Assembly (NCBI RefSeq): GCF_963921235.1
Contig: NC_086097.1
Span: 21,826,001-21,890,000, forward strand
DNA length: 64,000 bases
DNA from: Mobula hypostoma
Lineage: Eukaryota
Direction: 5' to 3'
This document shows, piece after piece, positions 24,401 to 38,279 of this stretch. A program made the translations under genes and the position numbers. Positions within the stretch are counted from its first letter, which is position 1, and each line of letters starts with the position of its first letter. A model generated the notes under the pieces. That model did no database searches. It saw only the letters and a program-made list of their open reading frames with translations, and was not told where the DNA came from.

Positions 24401-27400
24401 AATCATCCACTACCACTTTCTGTCGTCTCCCACACAGCCAATTTTGAATCCAGTTTACAACCTCTCCATGGATACCTAGTGTCTGAACCTTCTGAACTAA
24501 CCTCCCATGTGGGACCTTGTCAAAGGCCTTACTAAAGTCCATGTAGACAACATCCACAGCCTTTCCTTCATCTACTTTCTTGGTAACCTCCTCGAAAAAC
24601 TCTACAAGATTCGTTAAACACAATCTACCACGCACAAAGCCATGCTGACTATCCTTAATCCGCCCTTGGCTGTCCAAGTACTTGTATATCCGACCTCTCA
24701 GAACACCTTCCAATAATTTACCTACTACTGATGTCAGGCTCACTGGCCTGTAATTACCTGGTTTACTTTTGGAGCCTTTTGTAAACAACGGAACAACATG
24801 AGCTACCCTCCAATCCTCCGGCACCGCACCGGTGGCTAAGGAGATTTTAAATATTTCTGCCGGGGCCCCTGCAATTTCTACACTAGTTTCTGTCAAGGTC
24901 CGAGGAAATATCATGTCAGGCCTGGGGAATTTATCTACCTTTATTTGCTGTAAGGCAGCAATCACCTCCACTTCTTTAATCTCTATATGTTCCATGACAC
25001 TACTGCTTGTTTCCCTTCCTTCCATATGCGTTATGCCAGTTTCCTGAGTAAACACTGATGCAAAAAAACTGTTTAAGATCTCCCCCATCTCGTGGCGCTC
25101 CACACATAGACGACCACTCTGATCTTCTAGGGGACCAATTTTGTCCCTTACTATCCTTTTACTCTTAGTGTACTTGTACAAACCCTTCAGGTTTACCTTC
25201 ACATTATCTGCCAAAGCAACCTCATGTCTTCTTTTTGCCTTCCTGATTTCCTTCTTTAGTATTTTCTATTCTCTTCAAGTACCTCATTTGTTCCTTGTTG
25301 CCTATACCTGCTGTACACCTCTCTCTTTTTCTTAACCAGATCGCCAATATCCCTTGAAAACCAAGGTTCCCTATGCCTGTTAACTTTGCCTTTAATCCTG
25401 GCAGGAGCATGCAAACTCTGCACTCTCAAAATTTCGCCTTTGAAGGCCTTGCACTTACTGAACATATCCTTGCCAGAAAACAACTTATCCCAATCCACTC
25501 TTCCTAGTTCCTTTCTCATTTCCACAAAATTGGCTCTTCTCCAATTTAGAACCTCAACATGAGGACCAGACCTATCCTTATCCATAATTAGCTTGAAACT
25601 AATGACATTATGGTCACTGGACCCAAAATGTTCACCTACACATATTTCTGTCACCTGACCTGTCTGGTTCCCTAATAGGAGATCAAGTATTGCATCCTCT
25701 CTCGTAGGTACCTCTATATGTTGATTTAGAAAACTTTCCTGAACACATTTGATAAACTCCAAGCCATCTAGCCCTTTCACAGTGTGGGAATCCCAGTCAA
25801 TATGTGGAAAGTTAAAATCCCCTTCTATTACAACTTCCTGTTTCTTACATCGGTCTGCTATGCCTCTGCTGACTTGCTCCTCCAATTCTCTCTGACTATT
25901 GGGTGGTCTATAATACAACTGTATTAGTGTGGTCACACCTTTCCCGTTCCTCAGCTCCACCCATATGACCTCTGTAGACAAGCCCTCTGGGCTGTCCTGT
26001 CTAGGCACAGCTGTGATATTTTCCCTGACTAGTAAGTGCCACTCCTCCTCCTTTCATCCCTCCCCCTCTATCACGTCTGAAACAACGGAACCCCGGAACA
26101 TTAAGCTGCCAGTCCTGCCTCTCCTGCAACCAAGTCTCACTAATAGCAATAATGTCGTAATCCCATGTGCCAATCCACGCCCTAAGCTCATCTGCCTTAC
26201 CTACAATACTCCTTGCATTGAAATAGATGCACCTGAGAACATTTCTATCACGTACAAACCTTTGATTTCTGTCTGTACATGCAGTCCTTGCTTGACCTTT
26301 ATCTTCCTCCACCTCACTATCTGCTCTAACACTCTGGTTCCCCTCCCCCCGTAAATCTAGTTTAAACTCCCCAGAGCAGCACTAGCAAATCTACCTGCAA
26401 GGATGTTAGTCCCCCTACAGTTCAGGTGCAACCCGTCCCGTCGGAACAGGTCCCACCTTCTCTGGAACAAAGCCCAGTTGTCCAGAAACATGAAGCCCTC
26501 CCTCCTGCACCATCTCCTTAGCCACGTATTCAGCTGCATTATCTTCCTATTTCTAGCCTCACTAGCACGTGGCACGGGTAGCAATCCTGAGATTGCAACC
26601 CTGGAGGTCCTGTCCTTCAACTTTGCACCTAACTCCCTAAACTTTCTTTGCAGGACCTCCTCCTCATTCCTATCCATGTCATTGGTCCCTACATGGACCA
26701 CAACATCTGGTTGCTCACCCTTCCTCCTGAGAATACCGAGAACTTGATCCGAGATAGCGCAGACCTTGGCACCAGGGAGGCAACAGACCATCTGGGATTC
26801 TCGAGCTCTCCCACGGAACCGCTTATCTGTCCCCCAGCTATCGAATCCCCTATCACTACTGCTCTCCTCTTTTCCCTCCTTCCTTTCTGAGCTGAGGGTC
26901 CAGTCTCGGTGCCAGAGACGCAACCACTGCAACTTATCCCTGGTAGGTCGTCCCCATCAACAGTATCCAAAACCGTATACTTATTGTTGATGGGAATGGC
27001 CACAGGGGTGCTCTGCTCTTTCTGTCTATTCCCCTTTCCTTTCCTGACAGTCACCCAGCTACCTGCCTCCTGACTTTTAGGGGTGACTGTCTCACTGAAA
27101 CTCCTGTCTATTTCTGCCTCTGCCTCACGAATGATCCGAAGTTCATCCAGCTCCAGCTCCAGTTCCCTAACTTGGTTTGTCAGGAGCTGCAGCTGAATGC
27201 ACCTTTTACAGGTGTAGTCATCAGAGACAATTGTGCAGTCTCTGACTTCCCACATACTGCATACGGAGCTTGCTTTCACATTTCACCTTTCCCCCCAATG
27301 ATTGTTTTAGTTGCTTTCTGTAGGTTCTTAAAAGCTTTCTGTTCCTCTGTCTTCCCGCTAATTTGTGCTTTGTTATATGCTCTCTTTTTTGCTTTTACAT

Positions 27401-29235
27401 TAGCTTTGACTTCCCTTGTCGGCCACAGTTGTACTATTTTGCCATTTGAGTATTTATTTGTTTTTGGAATACATCTATCCTGCACCTTCCTCATTTTTCC
27501 CTGAAACTCACAGCATTGCTGCTCTGCTGTTATCCCTGTCAGCATCTCCTCCCAGTGTACTTTTGCCAACTCCTCTCTCATTCCACTGTCGTTTCCTTTA
27601 CTCCACTGAAATACTGCAATGTCAGACTTCATTTTCTCCCTATCAAATTTCAAGTTGAACTCGATCATATTATGATCACTGCCTCCTAAGTGTTCCTTTA
27701 CCTTAATCTCCCCATTTCCCTCTGGTTCATTATATACCACAATGCAGCTGATCCCCTCATAGGCTCAATGACAAACTGCTCTAAAAAGCCATCTTATAGG
27801 CATTCCACAAACTCACTCTCAAAATCTATTACCGACCCAATTTTCCCAATCGACCTGCATGTTAAAATCCCCCATGACTATCATAACATTGGCCGTTTGA
27901 CATGCATGTTCAACTTCCCATTGTAATCTGTAGTCCTCATCCCAGCTACTGTTTGGAGGCCTGTATATAACTGCCATCAGGGTCTTTTACCCTTGCAGTT
28001 TGTTAACTCAACCCACAAGGATTCACCATCTTCAGATCCTGTGTCACACCTTTCTACTGATTTGGTGCTATTCTTTACCAGCAGAGCCACACCACCCCCT
28101 CTTTCAACCTTCCTATCCCTCCGATACAACGTGTGACCTTGGACATTCAGCTACCAACTACAAGCATCCTTCAGCCATGATTCATTGATGGCTACAACAT
28201 CATACCCAACAATCCGTAAAAGTGCAACAAGATCATCCACCTTATTTCTTATGCTCCATGCACTGAGATAGGTAACACTTTGAGTGTTGTATTTATTACC
28301 CTTTTTAAATTCTGCATCCCTAATGCACTGATACTCACCTTACACAGTATCTTTGCTTTTTTTTAACATCCACCCCGAGTCCCTTCACTCCGGTTCCCAT
28401 ACCCCTGCCAAATTAGATTAAACCCTCCCCAACAGCTCTAATAAATCTGCCTGTGAGAATATTAAATCCCCTTAAGTTCAGGTGCAACCCGTCCCTTTTG
28501 TGCAGTTCATATCTCCCCCAGAAGAGATCCCAATGATCCAAGAACCTGAAGCCCTGCTCCTGTACCAACTTTTCAGCCACACATTTATCTGCCAAATCAT
28601 CCTGTTTCTACCCTCACTCGCCGTGTGGCACAGGCAGCAATCCAGGAATTACTACCCTGGAGGTCCTGCTTCTCAGCTTTCTACCTAGCTGTCTAAATTC
28701 TCTCTTCAGGACCTCTTTGCTTTTCCTTCCTCTGTCATTGGTACCAACATGTCCTACGACATGTGGCTGCTCTCCTTCCCCTTCCAAAATGTTGACACAA
28801 TCCAAGACATCCCTGATCCCGGCACCTGGGAGGCAACGTACCATCTGGGTGTCCCATTCACGTCCACAGAATCTCCTGTCTGTTCCTCTATTGAGACTAT
28901 TGAGACCCCTATCACTTCCACTCCCCTCTTCTCCCTCTTTCTCCTCTGGACCACAGACCCATGCTCAGTGCTACTAACCTGGCCTCTGTGGCATTCCCCT
29001 GGGAAGTTTTCCCCCACAACTGTATTGAAATGGTATACATGTTATTGTGGGGAATGGCCACAGGGATGCTCTACGCTAACTACCTGTTCACCTTCCCATT
29101 CCTTCTTCTAAATCACCCAGCTACCCTCCTCTTGCAACTTAGAGGTGACTACTTCCCTGTAACTCCAATCGATGATCTCCTCACTCTCCTGTACAAGCCG
29201 GAGGTCATCCCGCTGCTGCTCCAGATCCCGAACAC
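21491..29235 (-). mobile_element. Old near-full-length CR1 split by a younger CR1 (pieces 21491-23311 and 27267-29235)
   Basis: RT remnants (PEDWKIA, KAFDKV, GVPQG), APE remnants (GGSDHN) and ORF1 esterase remnants (HVGTND, RDGLHL); sequence continuous across the inner insertion. Confidence 0.85.
23312..27266 (-). mobile_element. Near-full-length CR1 with frameshifted ORF1 and ORF2
   Basis: ORF1 Cys motif CSMW..YTCKRC, heptad-rich coil, GDS/GTND/DGLH esterase; ORF2 APE (NARS, GDFN, SDH) and RT; (AGAACCAT)n tail; AGCTT duplicated at 23307-23311 and 27267-27271. Confidence 0.93.
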
Positions 29236-29479
29236 TGTGATTGCAGAGTGCTCAAGTACAACAACAGCAGAACAACAGGAACAAATCTAAAACAGCAAAA
29301 CAAGCCACTTACCTTATTCCCACCCTACCGTGCCTACACACCGACAGGCTGCCTTCAGCCTCCAGCCTCCAGTGGACTCAGACTCACAAACATTGGGCTT
29401 TCAGCTTCCCTGGCAGACCTGCAGGGATTCACAGATCCAGGCTTTGCCAATGTCCAATTCTTTCTTGAAAAGTATGCTT

Positions 29480-30025
29480 ATGATGATGATTATGATTATG
29501 AGGACACGAGGTCCCCTTTTATTGTCGTTTAGTAATGCATGCATTAAGAAATGATAAAAATGTCTTTCCAGAATGATATCACAGAAACACATGACAAACC
29601 GAATTATAAACTAACAAAAACCACATAATTATAACATATAGTTACAACAGTGCAAAGCAATACCGTAATTTGATAAGAACAGTCCGTGGCACAGTAAAAG
29701 TCACAGAGTCTCTCGAAAGTCCCATCATCTCACGCAGACGGTAAACCTCCAGTGCCGCCAACTTGCCGGTGCAGCATACCGGAAGCATCGGACCACAGTC
29801 TGACTCTGAGTCCGTCCGAAAAACTCCAAGCCTCCGACCACCTATTTGACACCGAGCACCGAGCACTATCTCCGCCGAGCGTTTCGATCCCAGCTCCGGC
29901 AACAGGCGGTACGCAAAGCCGAGGATTTGGGGCCTTCGTCTCTGGAGATTCTCGATCGCACAGTAGCAGCGGCAGCGAAGCAGGCATTTCAGAAGGTTCT
30001 CCAGATGTTCCTCTGCGTTTTCACG
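29480..30025 (-). mobile_element. Non-coding retroposon family A, 5'-truncated copy
   Basis: Aligns by eye with 38633-39165 and 62680-63360 (TTTAGTAATGCATGCATTAAGAA, CCACATAATTATAA, TTTCAGAAG..CTCCAGATGTTCCTC). Confidence 0.8.
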
Positions 30026-30029
30026 AGCG

Positions 30030-30380
30030 AGAAGCTGGGAGGTGATAGGTGGAAAAAATAAAAGGCTGAAGAAGTATGAATCTGACAGGAGAGAAGAGCG
30101 GACCATGGGAGAAAGGGAAGAAGGAAGACACCAGAGGGAGGTGATAGGCCAGTAAAGGGGTAAGGGAGCAACCAGAATGGGGAATGGAAAAAGTGAGAGG
30201 GAGAGGGGAGGAAATTACCAGCAGTTTGAGGAATCGATGTTCATGCTGTCAAGATGGAATAATCAGATGGAACAAGAGATGTTGCTCCTCTGACCTGAGA
30301 GTGACCACGTTATAGTAGTAGAGGTTCCACGTGCTGGAAAGGGAATGGATAGTGGAATTAAAATGGCTGGCCACAGGAAA
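30030..30380 (-). mobile_element. Old Penelope-like fragment (GIY-YIG C-terminus and UTR)
   Basis: Minus strand VASHFNS, EEQHL and MNIDSSN remnants; purine-rich tract on +. Confidence 0.7.
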
Positions 30381-30699
30381 TATTTATAAAACTGTGCCTG
30401 TGTTCTGAAATTACTTTCTTCCTTGTACTACCTCAATGTATTATGTTTGAAATGAGCTGGAGGCATGCCATGCAAAACAAAGTTTTTTGCTGTATGTCAG
30501 TACATGGAACAATAATAAACCAGTTTGCCATTTACTTCAGGATTAACTGCTTTCTGGGGTAGAAAAATCACCAGTTACACTACTCTCTGATAGAAGAAAT
30601 ATCTCTACTTCTTTTTAAATGGCTTATTCCTCATCCACTGACTGTGACCTATTGTCATAGTCTCTTCTAGTAATGTGAACAGCCTTACCCCATCTAATC

Positions 30700-30778
30700 C
30701 AGGGGTTCCCAACCTTCTTTATGCCATGGACCAGTAGCTTTAAGCAAAGGGCCCATTGGCACCAGGTCGGGACCTCTG
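30700..30778. mobile_element. hAT-type MITE, 79 bp
   Basis: Imperfect TIRs CAGGGGTTCCCAACC / GGTCGGGACCTCTG; perfect 8-bp TSD ATCTAATC at 30692-30699 and 30779-30786. Confidence 0.85.
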
Positions 30779-30894
30779 ATCTAATCTATCTTGTATGGTG
30801 AGCAGCTTTTGGCTCCGCTTCTAAGAAAGGATGTGCTGACATTGGAGAGGGTCCAGAAGAGATTTATGGGAATGAAAAGGTTAATGAATGAGGA

Positions 30895-32960
30895 GCTCCT
30901 CCGCCTATCTTTGTATCATCCAAATACTTGGCTACGAAGCCATTAATTGCAAATCATTGACATCTTCTTCTTCATGTGCCTTGCTGGTTACATCCATATC
31001 GAACGATCCCTCGCAGCGTCAATGATATCGCACACACTTAGATCTGTTAGATCTTTCACAGTGTCCATATATTTTCTTCTTTGCCTTCCTCTTCCACTTT
31101 TCCCAGGCATACGGCCTTGTAATGTAAGGCATTCTATTTCTCCCTTTCTGATGATATGACCCAGGAATTTAAGTTTCCTCTCATTTAATGTTCTCACTAA
31201 AGATCTTCTTGTATGGGCATGTTGGAGTACTATCTCATGCGTTACCCTATCTCTATATGATATTTTCGGCATTCTTCTAAGAAACCACATTTCTGTTGCT
31301 TCTAAGTTTCTTTGGAGTTCTGGTGTTATAGTCCATGTTTCGGAAGCATACAGCAAGATTGACCAGATGTAACATTTCAGTAGCCTAAGCCTTGTTGTCA
31401 TAGAAATGTGTCTGTTGGTAAAAATGGATTTCATTTTTTGGAAGGTGGTTTTGGCAATGGCAATTCTTCTTTTTATTTCTACTTTACTTCTAGCATCTTG
31501 TGATATAAAGCTACCAAGGTAATTACAGCTGGTCCTTTGTTCAATCTCTTGGTTACCGATGTACAATTGGCAGTTGGGAGTATCCTGCTGTTTTGATGTT
31601 ACCATATATTTTTTTTACAGTTGGTGGTTAGACCAAAATCTACACTTGTTTGTACTACTTTGTCTAGGAGGATTTATAGGTCTTCTGCAGCACTTGCTAT
31701 TAGGGTGGTATCGTCTGCATATCTTATATTGTTGATGTTAACACCTCCAACCCTTATCCCACATTCACATATAACATGAAAAGCAGCAGTCCCATAATTG
31801 ATAAGGCAACCAGATAAGGCCTCTTTTTTCCTACTGGTTGCCTCCTGTCAGTCAGCAAATTTCTGTCCAAGCTAATATCTTTTCAGTAATACCATGAGTT
31901 CTTATCTTGATTATCAGCCTCATGCACAACACCTTGTTAAAGGTCTTCTGAAAATCTAAGTAAGCAATTTCTACAATATCCACTCAATCTCCTTGGTCTA
32001 TCCTGCTTGTTATTTCCTCAAAGAAGTCTAACATATTTGTCAGGCAAGATTTCACCTCGAGGAAACCATGCCGACTTAGCCTTATTTTATCATGTGCTCC
32101 AAAACCTCATCCATAATAATGGACTCAACATTTTTTCAACCACTGAAGTTAGCCAACTGGTCTGTTGTATGATTTCCAGTCTTTTGCTCTTTTCCTTCTT
32201 AAAGAATCGAGTGACATTTGCAATTTTCCAGTCCCCCAGAACCATGCCAGAATCAATTTATTCTTGAAAGATCATTTCTAATGCCTTCGCAATCTCTTCA
32301 GCCACTTCATTCAGAACCCTGGGGTGCAGTCCATTTGGTCCAGGTGACTTATCTACCTTCAGACCTTTCAGTTTCCTAAGTACCTTCTCCTTAGTAGTAG
32401 CAACTACACTCACTTCTGCCCCCTGACACTCTCGAATTTGTGATATTCTGCTGGGGTTGTCCGTAGTGAAGACTGAAACAAAATACTTGTTAAGTTCCTC
32501 TGCCATTTCTTTGTCCCCCATTTTTACCTCTCCAGCATCATTTTCTAATAGACCAATATCCAGTTTCACCTCTCTTTTACTTATTACATGTCTGAGAAAT
32601 CTTTTGGTATTTTTTATATTTTTGGCTTCATATTTCATCTTTTCTCTTTATATTTCTTCTTAGTTGCCTTTTGTTGGTTTTTAAAAGCTTCACAATTCCC
32701 TAGCTTCCCACTATATGTTTGCTATATTGTATACCCTCTCTTCAGCTTTTATGCTGTCTTTGACTTCCCTGGTCAGCCACGGTTGCCTCTTCCTCCCTTT
32801 GGAATATTTCTTCTCTGTGGGTTGAATCTATCCTATGCCTTGTGTATTGCGCCAGGAATCGCCAGGCTTTCCTGTTCTGCCATCATTCGTGCTATTGTCC
32901 CCTTCCAATCAACTTTGGCCAGCGTCTGTCTCTTGTCTCTGAGGTTCCCTGTACTCCATT
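30895..32960 (-). mobile_element. Decayed CR1 ORF2 fragment interrupted by an RTE
   Basis: EMAEELNKYF and KSPGPNGLHPRVL in ORF 32258-32638. Confidence 0.8.
30964..31761 (-). mobile_element. 5'-truncated RTE-clade LINE
   Basis: NINNIRYADD, YLGS, RRIAIAK, LLYASETWT, GRGRQR; (GAA)n tail; imperfect TSD CATTGACAT/CATTCACAT. Confidence 0.9.
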
Positions 32961-33104
32961 GAGAAAGTGATGTACTGTAGTCCAGTAGTTATCACTCCAG
33001 TGATCTACACTTATTGCTGTTTGTATGGGCTTTTCAAGATCTGCCCGTGACCGCAGGACTCTGCGGGAGAATGCAGATTTGGGGAGTTAGCCATTGTGTT
33101 CAGG

Positions 33105-33630
33105 CCACATTACGGTAGCACAGTGGTTAGTGCAACTCTTTGCAGCTCAGGGTGTTCCGGAATTTGGAGTTTAGTTCCAGAGTTGTTCTGTAAGGAGCCT
33201 CTGTACGTCGTTCCCGTGGAATGCGTGGGTTTTCCCCAGGTGCTCTGGGTTCCTCCCATGGTCGGATAATTCATCACTGCAAACTGTCCTGTAATTGGGA
33301 TAAGGTTAACTGCGGTTGTTGGGGCGGCGTGGCTCGAAGGGCGGGAAAGGCCTACTCCTCATTGCATCACTAAATAAATAATTACGTGTCTGTTTCTTTT
33401 ATTTAGAGATACTGCATGGTAACAGGCCCTTCTGACCCAACGAGCACGCACCACCCAATTACACCCATGTAACTGATTCACCTACTTAGCCATACATCTG
33501 GAATGTGGAAGGAACCTGGAGGAAACCCAGACAGACACGGGGAATATCAAACTCCTTACAGACAGTGGCGGAATTGAACCATGGTCATTAATATCTGTAA
33601 TAGCGTTATGCTTACTGTTACACTACCTTG
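33105..33630. mobile_element. Two tail-to-tail V-SINE (HE1-like) copies
   Basis: + copy: GGTAGCACAGTGGTTAG head and V-domain TGCGTGGGTTTTCCCCAGGTGCTCTGGGTTCCTCCCA; - copy: AAACTCCTTACAGACAGTGGCGGAATTGAACC; further - copies at about 38050-38270 and 50405-50600. Confidence 0.7.
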
Positions 33631-33970
33631 TTGCCCTTCAATTATATCTTCAGCGGATATCAATGGCCTCTCGTTGTAACGTATCTATTCATGGGAGCTT
33701 TCTGTACACTGTTTTACTGCACCATTTCCCATTTCACATTTCAGTGCTATAAAGTGCTCTGGGACATTATGAAAGGTACTGTGAAAACCTAAACTTTGGA
33801 AATCATAGTGCACAGATTTAATTTGTCTGATGAAACCTCTAACAAGATCAGTGGGAATTTCTGAGGAAACATGATGAATTGCAGACACAGGATGACTCAT
33901 GTCTGGAAACGCTGTTCAGTGTGTCACTGACCTTACAAAAAGGTGTCATTATTGTGCACTCAGGGAATTA

Positions 33971-34507
33971 CACTCAGTGGCCACTTTATTAGGTACAGAA
34001 GGTACCTAATGAAGTGGCCACTCCGTATTTCTGTATGTTCATTGTCTTCTGCTGCAAGGCCAGGCGTGTTATGTGTTCGGAGGCGCTGTTCTGCACGCTA
34101 CTGTTGTAACGCGTGGTTATTTGAGTTACTCTCGCCTTCCTGTCAACTTGAACCAGTCTGGCCATTCTCCTCTGACCTCTCTCATTAACAAGGCACTTTC
34201 ACCCACAGAACTGCCGTGCACTAGATGATTTCTGTTTTTGCACTATTCTCTGTAAACTCTAGAGACTGTTGGGTGTGAAAATCCCAGATCAGCAGTTTCT
34301 AAGATACTCAAACCACCCCGTCTGGCATCAATAATCATTCTATAGTCAGTGTCTCTTAGATCACATTTCTTCCCCATTTTGATGCTTGGAACCTCTTGAC
34401 TATATCTGTACGTTTTTTATGTATTGAGTTACTGCCACATGATTGGCTGATGAGATATTTGCATTAATGTGCAGTGGAGAGGTACACTTAATAAAGTGGT
34501 CACTGAG
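33971..34507 (-). mobile_element. Non-autonomous Tc1-like DNA transposon
   Basis: TIR CACTCAGTGGCCACTTTATTAGGTAC after TA, inverted at 34482-34507; internal minus-strand remnant GLSILETADL..GFSHPTVSRVYRE of a Tc1 transposase N-terminal HTH. Confidence 0.8.
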
Positions 34508-36324
34508 AAGAAATTTGCTGCATACATCTCTGTCATATAGTTAAGATCAAGAGTACAAGGATTCTGCTATCAGGGTTGGTAGGTTGTAATGTTCCATAGA
34601 ACATAGAACATTACAGCACAGAAACAGGCCTTTTGGCCCTTCTTGGCTGTGCGAAACCATTTTTCTGCCTAGTCCCACTGACTTGCACCTGGACCATATC
34701 CCTCCATACACCTCTCATCCATGTACCTGTCCATGTTTTTCTTAAATGTTAAAAGTGAGCCTGCATTTACCACTTCATCTGGCAGCTCATTCCACACTCC
34801 CACCACTCTGTGCAAAGAAGTCCCCCTCCAATGTCCCCTTTAAACTTTTCCCCCTTCACCCTTAACCCATGTCCTCCGATCCCTCTGTTCTAATGCACTC
34901 CTCAGTGCCCTACCATTTACCTTGTATGTTCACCTTGGTTTGTCCTTCCAAAGTGCAATACCTCACACTTGTCTGTATTAAACTCCATCTGCCATTTTTC
35001 AGCCCATTTTTCCAGCTGGTCCAAATCCCTCTGCAAGCTTTGAAAACCTTCCTCACTGTCTACTACACCTCCAATCTTTGTATCATTAGCAAATTTGCTG
35101 ATCCAATTTACCACATTATCATCCAGATCATTGATATAGATGACAAATAACAATGGACCCAGCACTGATCCCTGTGGCACACCACTAGTCACAGGCCTCC
35201 ACTCAGAGAAGCAATTCTCTACCACCACTCTCTGGCTTCTTCCATCGAGCCAATGTCTAATCCAATTTACCACCTCTCCATGTATACCTAGCGACTGAAT
35301 TTACCTAACTAACCTCCCATGCGGGACCTTGTCAAAGGCCTTACTGAAGTCCATGTAGACAACATCCACTACCTTCCCTTCATCCACTTTCCTGGTAACC
35401 TCCTCGAAAAACTCTAATAGATTGGTCAAACATGACCTACCACGCACAAGGCCATGTCAACTCTCCCTGATAAGTCCCTGTCTATCCAAATACTTGTAGA
35501 TCCTATCTCTCAGTACTCCTTCCAATAATTTACCTACTACCGATGTCAAACTTATTGGCCTATAATTTCCTTGATTATTTTTAGAGCCTTTTTTAAATAA
35601 CGGAACAACATGAGCTATCCTCTAGTCCTCCAGCACCTCACCCATAGATACCGACATTTTAAATATATCTGCCAGGGCCCCTGCAATTTCAACACTAGTC
35701 TCCTTCAAGGTCCGAGGGAATACCCTATCAGGTCCTGGGGATTTATCTACTCTGATTTGCCTCAAGACAGCAAGCACCTCCTCCTCCTCAATCTGTATAG
35801 GTTCCATGATCTCACTACTTGTTTGCCTTATTTCCATTGACTCCATGCCAGTTCCCTTAGTAAATACAGACGCAAAAAACCCATTTGAGATCTCCCCCAT
35901 TTCCTTTGGTTCCATACATAGCCGACCACTCTGATCTTCAAGAGGACCAATTTTATCCCTTACTATCCTTTCGCTCTTAATATACCTGTAGAAGCTCTTT
36001 GGATTATCCTTCACCTTGACTGCCAAGGCAACCTCATGTCTTCTTTCAGCCCTCCTGATTTCTTTCTTAAGTTTTTTTTGCACTTTTTATACTCCTCAAG
36101 CACCTTATTTGCTCCCTATTTCCTATACACATCATACAACTCTCTCTTCTTCTTTATCAGAGTTGCAATATCCCTTGAGAACCAAGGTTCCTTATTCTTA
36201 TTCACTTTGCCTTTAATCCTGACAGGAACGTACAAGTTCTGCACTCTCAAAATGTCTCCTTTGAAGGCTTCCCACTTACCGATCACATCCTTGCCAGAGA
36301 ACAACCTGTCCCAATCCACGCTTC

Positions 36325-36712
36325 CCACCTCCCCCTCATACCACATCTGTTATTTATTTTTATACACACATTCTTTCTCTCACTCTCCTTTTTCTCCCTC
36401 TGTCCCTCTGACTATACCCCTTGCCCATCCTCTGGGTTCCCCCCCACCCTTGTCTTCCTTCCCGGACCTTCTGTCCCATGATCCTCTCATATCCCCTTTG
36501 TCAATCACCTGTCCAGCTCTTGGCTCCATCCCTCCCCCTCCTGTCTTCTCCTATCATTTTGGATCTCCCCTCCCCCTCCTACTTTCAAATCTCTTACTCA
36601 CTCTTCCTTCAGTTAGTCCTGACGAAGGGTCTCGGCCTGAAACGTCGACTGTACCTCTTCCTAGAGATGCTGCCTGGCCTGCTGCGTTCACCAGCAACTT
36701 TGATGTGTGTTG
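36325..36712 (+). mobile_element. Young Penelope-like 3' end inserted in a CR1
   Basis: Very similar to 8604-8951 and 39905-40299; host CR1 continuous across it. Confidence 0.85.
36614..36651 (+). ncRNA. Minimal type I hammerhead ribozyme
   Basis: Identical to 8857-8894; predicted cleavage after C36646. Confidence 0.8.
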
Positions 36713-38279
36713 CTTTTTAGATCTTTTCTCATTTCTTCAAATTTGGCCTTCTTCCAGTTTAGAACCTCAACCCAAGGACCAGAACTATCTTTATCCATGA
36801 TCAAGTTGAAACTAATGGTGTTATGATCACTGGAACCAAAATGTTCCCCTACACACACTTCCGTCACTTGTCCTAACTCATTTCCTAATAGATCTAATAT
36901 TGCATCCTCTCTAGTTGGTACCCCTATATATTGATTTAGAAAACTTTCCTGAACACATTTTACAAACGCTAACCCATTTAGACCTTTAACAGTATGGGAA
37001 TCCCAATCAATATGTGGAAAATTAAAATCCCCTACTATCACAGCTTCATGTTTCCTGCAGTTGTCTGCTATTTCTCTGCAGATTTGCTGACTATGGGGTG
37101 GTCTATAATACAACCCTATTAATGTGGCCATACCTTTCCTGTTTCTCAGCTCCACACATATGGCCTCGGTAGACAGCTCCTCTAATCTGTCCTGCCTGAG
37201 CACTGCTGTAACATTTTCCCTGACTAGCAATACCACCCTTCACCCCTCTGCCTCTGTCACGTCTGAAATATCAGAACCCTGGAACATTAAGCTGCCAGTC
37301 CTGCCCTGGCTGTACATTTCCCCTCCTTCTCCTGACAGTCACCCAGTTACCTGTCTCCTGCAACCTAGGGGGTGACTACCTCCCTGCAGCTCCCATCAAC
37401 ACCTCATTCTCCCGTATGAGTCAAAGGTCATCAAGCTGCAGCTCAGTGCATCTGGCATGGATGTATTTCTCCGGGAGACTGGAGGTCTCCCAGTCTTCCC
37501 ACACCCCACACCCAGGACAAAACACTGCCTCGGAGCCATTCTCACTCCACTACTACGCACAAACAGATGAGGAATGAACAAAGAAGAACATTAAGAGGAG
37601 AGCGCCACTTACAAGACAATTTACCCCAGCCCAGCTTGATGAGCCAAGCCACTCTAAAGCCAAGTGAACTGCCATTCCACTTGAACTTGAATTATTCTTA
37701 TTGGCCCTTTCTAATGAATCCCTCTTGCCGATTTGTCGCACCTCAAATCAGGATACCTGCCATGAAGCTCCTCTTTAGAAATCTCGATTGGTGCCTTGAT
37801 TAAAATGTACCCCTTTCCACGCACCCCTGGTGTGGATTGTCCAACTCAAAGAAAACTGGCTCGAAGCTCTGCCTTTTAAATCTTGAACGCCAACCTGACT
37901 GAACGGTCGCTCTTTTTATGCAATGCCACTTGCTGATTCGTCGCTCCTCAAATCAGAAAAACTGCTGCAAAACTCTGACTTCAAAATCTCAAATCACCAC
38001 CCTGATTAAAAAGTAGCTCTTTACATACAGCCCTGGTGTGGATCATCACACGTACCCAGAAACATTACAACGTACAGTGAAATGTGTTGTTTGCAACAGA
38101 TCAGATCGGTGAGGATTGTCCTGGGGGCAGCTCAAGATTGTTGCTCACAACTCACTAACCCTAATCCGTACATCTCTAGAGCGTGGGAGAAATCTAGAGC
38201 ATCCGGATGAAACTCATGCGGTCACAGGGAGACCGTACAAAGTCCTTACAGATAGCGGTGGGAATTGATGATCTCATAG

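Larger units (their letters stand above)
34596..38045 (-). mobile_element. CR1 with two large internal deletions and probable 5'UTR
   Basis: RT (GVPQGSVLGP, FANDTK) and APE (YYRPP, GDFN, SDH); deletions near 34875 and 37310; ORF1 N-terminal remnant to about 37545. Confidence 0.85.

Noticed and set aside
36036..36800. 254-aa Pro/Ser-rich ORF, with similar ORFs at 8600 and 39902 (SPDEGSRPETST)
   Set aside because: Translation of the pyrimidine-rich PLE 3'UTR and hammerhead; recurrence reflects repeat copies
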